Positions 32,358 to 40,495 of a stretch of DNA of 64,000 nt are shown piece after piece. Position 1 is the first letter of the stretch, and each line of letters begins with the position of its first letter. The DNA is from an uncultured Acidobacteriota bacterium. GTDB lineage: Bacteria > Acidobacteriota > UBA6911. The translations under genes and the position numbers were made by a program. The DNA is taken from the NCBI GenBank assembly GCA_964651155.1, contig CAZYXB010000002.1:64377-128376 (forward strand). Reading direction: 5' to 3'. The notes beneath the pieces are model-generated. The model was not told where the DNA came from and searched no databases. It saw nothing but the letters and a program-made list of their open reading frames with translations.

Positions 32358-32371
32358 CCGGTCCGCGGCGT

Positions 32372-33112
32372 TCACGGGCGCCCCCGGCCGTCGATCCGGT
32401 GCCGGAGGCCTTCGTAGGCTTCGGCCGACCCGATGTCGCACCACCGGCCCTGGTCGACGACGACGCCCGCTACCGACCCGGGGCGGCGGCGGATCCTGTC
32501 GATCAGGACCGGGACGATCGACGCGACTCGGCCCGCCTCGATGTGCTCGAGCAGGGAGGTCTCCAGGGCGTAGATGCCGGTGAACAGGCACAGGCGCGCC
32601 CCGGGCGCGCCCAGGGCGCCGCGCAGGTCGCAGACGGCGCCGCCGCCGTCGAGCGCCACGTTCAGGGCGGGGCCCCGGCTGCGCAGCAGAAGGGTGGCCT
32701 CGGGCCGCTTTGCGTCGTGAGTCCGCAAGAGGGGGGCGAGGGGCAGATCCGCGACGACGTCGCCGTTGTAGCACAGGATGGCTTCGTCGTCCTCGAGCAG
32801 GTCTTCGATATTTTTCAGCCCTCCCGCCGTGTCCAGGAGCACGGGTTCGTGCCGGAACAGAACGGGGCGGCCGCGCCACTGCCCGTCGGGAAAGGTCTCC
32901 AGGAAGACCTCAGGGCGATGGTGCGTGTTTACGATGAATCGCTCCACGCCGATTTCCAGGAGGTGGTCCATCCCGTAGGTGATGACGGGGCGGCCGCCGA
33001 GGTCGAGCAGGGGCTTGGGGCGCTCGTCGGTCAGGGGGCGCAGCCTCGTGCCCCGCCCGGCGCCGGGGATGAAGGCGGTTTTGAAACGCCGACCGGGTTG
33101 TGCCGTTGTCAT
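32372..33112 (-). CDS. Sugar-1-phosphate nucleotidyltransferase, MurU-like (MurNAc-alpha-1-P uridylyltransferase candidate)
   Basis: GAGRGTRLRPLTDERPKPLL N-terminal nucleotidyltransferase motif. About 245 aa. C-terminal GRWCDIGSAEAY resembles MurU (HWVDVGTLERL). Confidence 0.6.
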   Translation of the reverse strand: MTTAQPGRRFKTAFIPGAGRGTRLRPLTDERPKPLLDLGGRPVITYGMDHLLEIGVERFIVNTHHRPEVFLETFPDGQWRGRPVLFRHEPVLLDTAGGLKNIEDLLEDDEAILCYNGDVVADLPLAPLLRTHDAKRPEATLLLRSRGPALNVALDGGGAVCDLRGALGAPGARLCLFTGIYALETSLLEHIEAGRVASIVPVLIDRIRRRPGSVAGVVVDQGRWCDIGSAEAYEGLRHRIDGRGRP

Positions 33113-33360
33113 GTCTCCCCGCCCGCCTGAAATCAGCGTGATATCGGAAGGGAATCGTGCATAAAGTCTTGAAATGCACGTCGCTGTTGTTTCTAATAGG
33201 AAATACTGGGGTGCCGCCCACTTTCATAGAGGCGCCTTCCAGGTGGATCATACAATACACCTCCCGGACAAGGCAAACCTTCACCAGGCAAACCTTCCCC
33301 TCCGGTCGGAAGGAAAACAGCATCCGGACCGCCTGCGGGGATTCCGGCCCCGGTCCGGGC

Positions 33361-34320
33361 TCAACCGAAGAAATAGGGGCCGCCCCGAGATCCGCAGGAA
33401 GGGCAAACCGGCATGCTCCCCTCCGTCGGCGCGCCGTCGGCCGCGCAGGAGCTGCAGGTGATGAAACCGCATTTTTGGCAACGAAGAGCCACGCTCCGGA
33501 CCGAGTCCCGGGTCGATAGCGTGATGGCTTTGTCGGAGGTTCGGACCACTAAGGATCGGCCGCACTTCTGACAGGTCACCGGGTCCCCGTCCCGATACGG
33601 TCTTTTCGTGGACGTCTTCCCCTTCATCTTTCCGGATCCTTCCAGCAGCTGTACGATCGAGGTATGCCCATGACTTCGGGCGAGATCCAGAGCCGCCAAC
33701 CCTTGGTCGGTCGCGGCCGAGGCGTCGGCCCCCCGTTCGAGGAGAAGCTCGACCACATCCGCGTGGCCTTTCTCGGAGGCCACCATCAGGGGGGTGGCGC
33801 CATGGGCCGATTGTCCGTTGACGGGGGCGCCTTTGTCCAGGAGCAGCCGGACAATCGGGACATGGCCTTTCTGCGACGCCATAAACAGGGCCGACGCGCC
33901 GTCGCACGTTCTTCGGGAGTTAACGTGAGCCCCGCTATCTGCGAGAAGCCTGGCGACATCCGTATGGCCTTCCTGCGACGCCATGAAGAGGGCCGTGATG
34001 CCGTCGCGCCTCCGGTCATCGGCGTCGGCGCCGCGACCGAGGAGGAGCTCGACCACATCCGCGTGGCCTTCCTGGGACGCCCACTGAAGTGCGCCGGCGC
34101 CATCCTCGTCTTTGGCCTGGACGTCGGCGCCCTTGTCCAGTAGAAACGCGGCGACGTCCCGGTGCCTCTTCCATGCCGCCATCATGAGGGGTGTGCGGCC
34201 GTGTTTGTCCCGGGCGTCAGCGCCGGTGCCGGCGATCAGAAGACGGCGCACGGTTTCCAGATCGCCGCATCGGGCGGCCCGGATCAGTTTGGCGTTACGG
34301 CTCAACGGTAGCAGGTCCAT
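33361..34320 (-). CDS. Ankyrin-repeat protein with C-terminal double zinc-ribbon (4x CxxC)
   Basis: Six to seven ANK repeats (G.TPLM.A...GH.DVV.LLL..GAD). C-terminus CQKCG...CQKCG...CSSC...CPSCG. Start at the ATG at 34320 with AGGAGCAAGG RBS. Confidence 0.8.
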   Translation of the reverse strand: MDLLPLSRNAKLIRAARCGDLETVRRLLIAGTGADARDKHGRTPLMMAAWKRHRDVAAFLLDKGADVQAKDEDGAGALQWASQEGHADVVELLLGRGADADDRRRDGITALFMASQEGHTDVARLLADSGAHVNSRRTCDGASALFMASQKGHVPIVRLLLDKGAPVNGQSAHGATPLMVASEKGHADVVELLLERGADASAATDQGLAALDLARSHGHTSIVQLLEGSGKMKGKTSTKRPYRDGDPVTCQKCGRSLVVRTSDKAITLSTRDSVRSVALRCQKCGFITCSSCAADGAPTEGSMPVCPSCGSRGGPYFFG

Positions 34321-34557
34321 CCTTGCTCCTGGACAACCTGAGGCTGCGCCCTCGGAGAGGCGTTCCTTGTCGGTCCGGTCCGTCCCCGGGTGGCGGGGGA
34401 ACCTCCGTGCGCGGCTGCAGGACACGATTTCGAAACGGACGCGTCCTGCGGGATTTCCGGCGGTGCCGTTCCCGCATCGGCCCAGGGACGTTGTCCTCCC
34501 CTCGAGGGATGCGCCGGATACGCGAAGGGTCCTTCCGGAGTACCCCCCATCCGCGAC

Positions 34558-36150
34558 TCAATCCTTCACGCAGCGGACGGAAAAACCCTGGCGGCTTCGA
34601 TTGGTTTCCACACCCAGCGTGCCCATTCCCAGATAGAGGCTGGAGGCGCATACGGTCCCATCTTGCACCCTGGAACTCCACCACCGACCGACGTAGCCGA
34701 TGTTGGAAAATGTGCCGTCCTCGAAGCGCTCGCCGCCCGGGAGCCCCGAAAAGCCGCTTTCGTCGGTGGCTTTATCGGATCTGGTATTCCATCTCGGATG
34801 CGGATCGGGTTCGGCGCGGATGGAGATCAGTTTGTAATACGCCAGGAGCCAATCGCCTCCCAGACAATCTATCAGCGCCTGTACTTCTTCGTTGGTAGGT
34901 ACATGCCAGCCTTCGGGACACAAGCGGCGGGGGTCGGCCACCGCAAACCAGTTGTACAGTTTGCCGTAGGGGATTTCCTGCGCCGGATCATTGCCGTAAT
35001 GGCACCACGCCGGTTTTCCCTTGGCCCCCTTTCTTTTCCACATGAAATTGGTCCGTACGCGGGGAATGGCATCGCCGTTTCTGAAATGGCCCACCCTCAG
35101 ATTTTCAGCCGTCCAGATCTGCCCGCCTATTTTCACAGCTTTGTAGGAAGTGCCCTCCATATCGATCATCTCGTAACCGGTGTGAACGGATTTCGGCGGA
35201 TCTGCTTCCGGACGTTCCTTTGTGGGACCGGAAATGCCGAGATCCTTTCGCCGGGCGCAGATCAGGGGCCACAAGGCGTCCGGCCTGACTCTCTGCGACA
35301 CCGGGTGATCCGCGGACCATGTGTCCACCATCTTCAATCCCACGAAGTTGTGCGCGACGGATCCATGGAGGCCCCATTCCTTCGGCGTGATGTCCTGCCG
35401 CGCACAATAGCGCCGTGCGTCCTCCTGCGACGGGAACCTCATGAGGCCGAACGCCTGGATTGTGGAGTCGCGCCGGCCCCTGGGATTCCAGTTCACAGAT
35501 GTTGAGAATTCGGACACGGTGGACAGGCTGACCTTCCAGTAGACGTCGAAAACGTCCGCATAGCGCTCCGCGACATCGCACAGCTCTTCGGGGGTGAGGG
35601 AGTAGCGCATTTCATGGCCTTCTCCCGGGAAATATCGCCCCAGGACGTCGAGGAGTCCGTCGAGATCGGCGACATCCGGCAGTGCGGCGCTACGGGGCGA
35701 CGCGGGCCGGGAACGTTCGGCGACGGGGAGCGGAACAACCTCGGGATGAGGCTCGAGACTCATTCTCAGCTTCGCCAGGGCTGACCGCGGATTGACGGCG
35801 TGTTCCCCGACGATCTGCCCCATCTCGAAATGCCCCATCAGCGGCAGGGGTTCGCCATCGACGGCGTCCGTGTCCAAGAACCTCTGTCCGGCGGCGACGG
35901 CCCGATATCCCTCGTCTGCGGCGAGTCGCGTTCGGATAGAGTCGAGCAGGTCCCGATCCTCGGACTCGACGGCCAGGCAATAGACGGCTTCTGTGCCGCC
36001 GAGCGTGGCGGCCGTGTCCCCTTCGTAGAGCCGGACCCCATCGGCCAGGCCCTCGGGGCCGAGTATCCGCCAGAAGATATCCCAGGCGGCATCGCCGTAG
36101 AGGACCTCGTCGAGCTTATGGATGTCAAACAGAATCCCCAGCTTGCTCAT
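34558..36150 (-). CDS. Fusion protein: about 300-aa N-terminal domain of unknown function (no signal peptide) plus C-terminal Fibrobacter succinogenes major paralogous (FISUMP) domain
   Basis: The C-terminal 190 aa carry the FISUMP hallmarks: GQIWTAENLRV, YGKLYNW, CPEGWHVPTNEEVQAL, GFSGLPGGER...GRWWSS, and terminal SVRCVKD. Confidence 0.7.
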   Translation of the reverse strand: MSKLGILFDIHKLDEVLYGDAAWDIFWRILGPEGLADGVRLYEGDTAATLGGTEAVYCLAVESEDRDLLDSIRTRLAADEGYRAVAAGQRFLDTDAVDGEPLPLMGHFEMGQIVGEHAVNPRSALAKLRMSLEPHPEVVPLPVAERSRPASPRSAALPDVADLDGLLDVLGRYFPGEGHEMRYSLTPEELCDVAERYADVFDVYWKVSLSTVSEFSTSVNWNPRGRRDSTIQAFGLMRFPSQEDARRYCARQDITPKEWGLHGSVAHNFVGLKMVDTWSADHPVSQRVRPDALWPLICARRKDLGISGPTKERPEADPPKSVHTGYEMIDMEGTSYKAVKIGGQIWTAENLRVGHFRNGDAIPRVRTNFMWKRKGAKGKPAWCHYGNDPAQEIPYGKLYNWFAVADPRRLCPEGWHVPTNEEVQALIDCLGGDWLLAYYKLISIRAEPDPHPRWNTRSDKATDESGFSGLPGGERFEDGTFSNIGYVGRWWSSRVQDGTVCASSLYLGMGTLGVETNRSRQGFSVRCVKD

Positions 36151-36470
36151 AATCCGTTCCTTTCCCCGTAAGGGTTGAATCCACGGTTGATTCGTTCGGT
36201 CCGATCATGGCGATTGTAATTCTGGCCCTGCCCGGCGAGCCACTCCACAGGAGACTCCGCGTCTAGCGAAAAATGCGCGGGCAATCGTGTGACCGACCCT
36301 GCCGGCACGGCGGCAACGACGCGCCTGTGACAACCAGTGCAAGGGACGGATTCCCGCAGCTGTTTGGAATAGCCCCGCCCTCCGGCGGCGGATCCGCATC
36401 CTATTTTCGAAGACGCAGCGGGGCACGTCTTCCGAAGGATCCGTGCAACGAGCGCGCGCATCGCAGGCGC

Positions 36471-36506
36471 GAAAAAAAAGAGGATGGGCGTGCGCCCATC
36501 CTCTTG
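36471..36506 (-). terminator. Rho-independent terminator downstream of OMP paralogue 1
   Basis: On the minus strand, hairpin AAGAGGATGGGCG-CAC-CGCCCATCCTCTT followed by T8. Confidence 0.65.
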
Positions 36507-36541
36507 TACTCGGATCGGTACTGTGCCAAGGCGGCAGCCTG

Positions 36542-37273
36542 TTACTGGCCGAGCTTGAAGACGATGCCGAAGGCCAGGTTCATGTTCCCCATCTGGAATT
36601 CATCCTCGCCCTCGGAGCCGCCCATCTCGTGGTAGGCCTTCAGGTAGTCGAGTTCTATCAGCCGGATGGCGACCGCATCGCCGAGGTTCACGTCGATGCC
36701 GCCGCCGATCATGTATCCGAAGCCTTTGTCGCTCGCTTCCGTCATGTGTGCTTCCTCTTGGATCTCCTCCAAAATGTACGCGGGGCACTCCTCACCTTCC
36801 CAGGAGCAGGAGAAGCTCGGGTCGAACGCAACCCTGTTCATGCCGATAAGGAAATGGAAAAACGGCGTGATTGCCTCGTGCTTCCGCAAGGCGAACTTCG
36901 GGCCGGCCATGATGGAGAAATCCGACATCTTGGCCTTGCCGTCGATCTCGATCGTGCCCTCCCAATTCTGTTCAATGCTGAGATCCACGATGTCGCCGGT
37001 ATTGTACTGGACGTTGGCTTCGATGCCGAAATATTCGTTCATATTGAAGGCGGCCGATGCCATGAAGCCCTTTTTGAGCCATTTGGACGTGGATACCGAT
37101 ATGCCCTCCTCTTCGTTGCCTTCCTCCCAGTAATCGAAGGTATCGTTCATGTCCTCTCCGCCGAGCTTCATCAGGGAATACCCGCCGAAAACCTCAACGT
37201 TCGGGAAATCCTGTGCAACGGCGACGCATGAGACCAACACAACACACACTGCTGCAAGAAATAGCTTTCTCAT
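36542..37273 (-). CDS. Outer-membrane beta-barrel protein, paralogue 1 (OMP_b-brl family; acidic loops)
   Basis: Start MRKLFLAAVCVVLVSCVAVAQ (signal peptide), alternating amphipathic beta-strands, C-terminal LAFGIVFKLGQ with aromatic near the C-terminus. Local GC is about 50%. Leader motif AAGAGAGGGAAC precedes the start. Confidence 0.7.
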   Translation of the reverse strand: MRKLFLAAVCVVLVSCVAVAQDFPNVEVFGGYSLMKLGGEDMNDTFDYWEEGNEEEGISVSTSKWLKKGFMASAAFNMNEYFGIEANVQYNTGDIVDLSIEQNWEGTIEIDGKAKMSDFSIMAGPKFALRKHEAITPFFHFLIGMNRVAFDPSFSCSWEGEECPAYILEEIQEEAHMTEASDKGFGYMIGGGIDVNLGDAVAIRLIELDYLKAYHEMGGSEGEDEFQMGNMNLAFGIVFKLGQ

Positions 37274-37899
37274 TATGTTCCCTCTCTTTTGTTGTTCTAT
37301 GTCCAGCGGAACCTTCACCGAGTGCCCGCAATGGAGTTGAATTTATACATCAATCCGCGCAATAGTCAAGCCTAACACTCAAGAAATATGCATCGTCCGT
37401 GCAATAGACTATTGGAACATTGACTCATGTACCTCGGGCGTCCCGCAAGAACCGGATACGAGGCGTAGATGTCGGACGAGCGAGCGCATGGGCATGAAGT
37501 CCATATTATTTCCTCTTTATGTTTCTCCTTTTTACAAAAAGGGTAAACGCCATAGGATGATCGACCGTTTTACCGGGGATGTTAACTATTTTCCCGATAT
37601 TTTATACATGGATCCTATTCCCACTTCCGGCGCTAAGCAAAAGTATTCCACTTCCGACGGTCAGAAGTATCCCGGAAGAGGAACGGTGTTTTCCATTGGA
37701 ATGGAGGATGGAAGGTTCCACATCATCCGCTGAAGGCGTCGGGGACTGTACGGCAAGATGCTCCCCTGGAATCAGGGAGGCTTCCATGACGCCGCGGCCA
37801 AACCGGCGGGATGGATATTCACGAGCTTCCTCTTGAGATACATGGTGTATCCCTTCGACGAGGGATTGGCCGATACCGCCTCGATCACCGGGAGGAAGT

Positions 37900-38416
37900 G
37901 TGCGGCCGCGGCAATTGGGCGCCTGTTGGCTGGCGCTGCCGTTGTGGGACCAGGTGCACTTTGATCGCTACTGGTCGGAGAAACTGCCGCCGCCTGGTAA
38001 AGGAACCCGCTGGCTGAATGTGTTGAAGGTTCTTACCTGTTGCCGGCGTATCGCACCGGGAGGCACATGGCACTTGCATCGTCAATGGTATGGCAATAGC
38101 GCCATAGGCGATCTGCCTGGCGAAGAAGGGGAGACTGTTTCGTATCAAAATCTTTATCGCTGTCTGGATACACGGCCAAGCATACAAGCATCCTGTTCTC
38201 TTATCTGAAGCAACGATGGCAGGACACGTTCCATATTGATTCCGAGGTCCATTTGTACGACCTGACCAGCACCAAGTCTGAACGTGATCCTTCGGGGACG
38301 GGCAAGCGGCGGTACGGGTACAGTCGAGACAAGCGGCCCGATTGCGTGCAGGCTGGTATCGCGATGATGGTGACGCCGGAGCCGCCGTGTCGACGGGTGC
38401 GGAGTATCGGATTCTG
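37900..38416 (+). pseudogene. IS1634/IS4-family transposase N-terminal remnant (frameshifted and 3'-truncated)
   Basis: Two frames together read ...VSYQNLYRCLD... and ...RWQDTFHIDSEVHLYDLTSTKSERDPSGTGKRRYGYSRDKRPDCVQAGIAMMVTPE. The YDLTS..(F)E......G(Y/H)S(R/K)D.RPD motif is diagnostic of IS1634-like transposase N-termini. There is a frameshift near 38150-38215, and the ORF is cut off at 38416 by the duplicated block. Confidence 0.5.
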
Positions 38417-38660
38417 AGATGCAACCGGGTGCCCGGCCTGCCGGCAAGCGGCGGCTATCGGGCCGCCCGTGCCCGGCCGGGCAGCCCGCGAGGACGGAAC
38501 GGCCGGAGGGAAAAGCCGGCGGCCCGGATGCCGGGCCGCCGGTTGTGCATCAATCCCCGAAACGGATCACCACGCCGAAGGCCAGATCGAAGTTGTTGAG
38601 GGTGTCCTCGTGGTGCTTCGACAGGAAGTAGTCGGCCTGGATCAGGCGGATGGCGAAGCC
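38372..38660. repeat. Copy A of an approximately 289-bp near-identical (about 95%) segmental duplication: 3' end of an OMP gene, its terminator and downstream spacer
   Basis: Aligns base-for-base with 39311-39599, with only a handful of substitutions. Confidence 0.85.
38504..38543 (-). terminator. Hairpin terminator downstream of OMP paralogue 2
   Basis: Perfect inverted repeat GCCGGCGGCCCGG-ATG-CCGGGCCGCCGGT. On the minus strand it is followed by CTTTTCCCTCC. The T-tract is weak, so it may be a partial terminator. Confidence 0.5.
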
Positions 38661-39284
38661 GTCGCACATCTTCAGGTCCACGCCCCCCCCGATCGCCATG
38701 CCGAAGCCCGCATCGGAATCTTCGAACTCCGGGTCATCTTCAAATTCGATGCCGTAATAGTTCATAAGATTCTCGAAATACTCCACGTCCCCCTCGAGGT
38801 CGTTGGAGACCTTGGCGCGATCGACCCCGAACAGGAGGTGGGCGAACGGGATCAGGCGCTCGTGTTTCCTCAGCGTGACCTTCGGGCCGGCCAAAAAGGC
38901 GAAGCCGGACTGCGTCCCGGACATCGTGGCGGACTGCGCCCCCAGTTCGGTCGACGGGTAGTCCAAGCGCATCGTGACGACGTCGCCGGAATGGTACCGG
39001 ATGGACGCCTCGACGCCGAGATACTCGTTCATGTTGAAGGTGACCGACGCCTGGAATCCCTTTTTCAGAAACCTCGAAGAATCGTGGTCGGCCTCGCCGC
39101 CTATCTCCCCGACCAGATCCATCAGCTCTTCGAAGTCCTCCTCGGACCCCCAGATGTCTTCATACGGGATTCCCGTGCGCTCGATGGAATATCCGCCGAA
39201 GACCTCGGCTTTCGGGTACTCCTGCGCCAGTGCCACAGACGAGGCCAGCACCACGCACACTACAGCAAACAATACCTTGTTCAT
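38550..39284 (-). CDS. Outer-membrane beta-barrel protein, paralogue 2
   Basis: Start MNKVLFAVVCVVLASSVALAQE. The C-terminal 35 aa are identical to paralogue 3. Leader motif AGAGAGGGACCG precedes the start. The ORF-track 5' extension into the repeat is rejected. Confidence 0.7.
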   Translation of the reverse strand: MNKVLFAVVCVVLASSVALAQEYPKAEVFGGYSIERTGIPYEDIWGSEEDFEELMDLVGEIGGEADHDSSRFLKKGFQASVTFNMNEYLGVEASIRYHSGDVVTMRLDYPSTELGAQSATMSGTQSGFAFLAGPKVTLRKHERLIPFAHLLFGVDRAKVSNDLEGDVEYFENLMNYYGIEFEDDPEFEDSDAGFGMAIGGGVDLKMCDGFAIRLIQADYFLSKHHEDTLNNFDLAFGVVIRFGD

Positions 39285-39310
39285 CACGGTCCCTCTCTTT
39301 CTCTTGAGTC

Positions 39311-39599
39311 GACGCCGGAGCCGCCGTGTCGACGGGTGCGGAGTATCGGATTCTGAGACGCAACCGGGGGCCCGGCCTGCCGGCAAGCGGCGGCCATCGG
39401 GCCGCACGCGCACGGCCGGGCATCCCGCGAGGACGGAACGGCCGGAGGGAAAAGCCGGCGGCCCGGATGCCGGGCCGCCGGTTGTGCATCAATCCCCGAA
39501 ACGGATCACCACGCCGAAGGCCAGATCGAAGTTGTTGAGGGTGTCCTCGTGGTGCTTCGACAGGAAGTAGTCGGCCTGGATCAGGCGGATGGCGAACCC
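39311..39599. repeat. Copy B of the approximately 289-bp segmental duplication
   Basis: See copy A (38372-38660). Confidence 0.85.
39443..39482 (-). terminator. Hairpin terminator downstream of OMP paralogue 3 (duplicate of the 38504-38543 terminator)
   Basis: Same inverted repeat GCCGGCGGCCCGGATGCCGGGCCGCCGG. Confidence 0.5.
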
Positions 39600-40235
39600 G
39601 TCGCTGACCTTCAGGTCGACGCCCCCCCCGAGCACCATGCCGAAGCCGCTGTCGGTTTCTTCTTCCTCGACTTCCCGCAGGTCGATGCCCTCATAGTCGT
39701 ACAGGTAGTCCAGAAAGTAACCAAAAACTTCCTCGCCTTCCCGGACCGTGACGTCGCTCTTGACCTTGATGCGGTCCACCCCGAACAGGACGTGGGCGAA
39801 GGGAATCAGGCGCTCGTGTTTCCTCAGGGTGAAGTGGGGGCCGACCAGGAATGCGAAATTGGATTGCTCCCCCTTGAGCGTCGCATCGAACGAACCTTCA
39901 CCGTCGTAGAGCATGTCGAGCTTGACGACGTCGCCGGAATGGTACCGGAAGGACGCCTCGACGCCGAGAACCTCGTTCATGTTGAAGGTGGCCGATGCCT
40001 GAAACCCTTTCTTGAGGAACCGGGAGGATTCGAAATCGGCCTCGAAACCCTCGAAATCCTCCATCAGGCTCACCAGATCCTCGAACTCTTCATCGGACGC
40101 CCACACGTCTTCGTAGGGCAGGCCGGTCCGCTGCATGGACCACCCGCCGAAAACCTCGACTTCCGGGTAGTCCTGCGCCATCGCCACAGACGAGACCAGC
40201 ACAAAACATACTGCGACAAACAGTACCTTTTTCAT
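39489..40235 (-). CDS. Outer-membrane beta-barrel protein, paralogue 3
   Basis: MKKVLFVAVCFVLVSSVAMAQD signal peptide. Same family as paralogues 1 and 2. Leader motif AAGAGAGGGACCG. Confidence 0.7.
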   Translation of the reverse strand: MKKVLFVAVCFVLVSSVAMAQDYPEVEVFGGWSMQRTGLPYEDVWASDEEFEDLVSLMEDFEGFEADFESSRFLKKGFQASATFNMNEVLGVEASFRYHSGDVVKLDMLYDGEGSFDATLKGEQSNFAFLVGPHFTLRKHERLIPFAHVLFGVDRIKVKSDVTVREGEEVFGYFLDYLYDYEGIDLREVEEEETDSGFGMVLGGGVDLKVSDGFAIRLIQADYFLSKHHEDTLNNFDLAFGVVIRFGD

Positions 40236-40495
40236 ATCGGTCCCTCTCTTTTCATTGTTGATGCTTCGGAAACCCTATCGACTATCCTAGGTGACGGGAT
40301 TCTCCGCTTCCACCGGGGATCTAGTCAAGAAAAAAGTAGGCCCCTGCCCGCGGCGCGTCCCCGCCGGGCCGATCGAAAAACGAACCCGTACAAATCGTCT
40401 ATTGACACTCCCGTCCCCCGGGCCGGTATCATGGGAAGCCGTAGACCGGGAAACGGCCGAACCCCGTGGGGAAGCGGCGGACAGGAGCGGATGCG

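Noticed and set aside
37488-37733. 81-aa ORF in the AT-rich stretch between OMP paralogue 1 and the IS remnant
   Set aside because: No RBS, no homology, and odd composition. It is more likely non-coding IS-end or promoter DNA. A small protein cannot be excluded.
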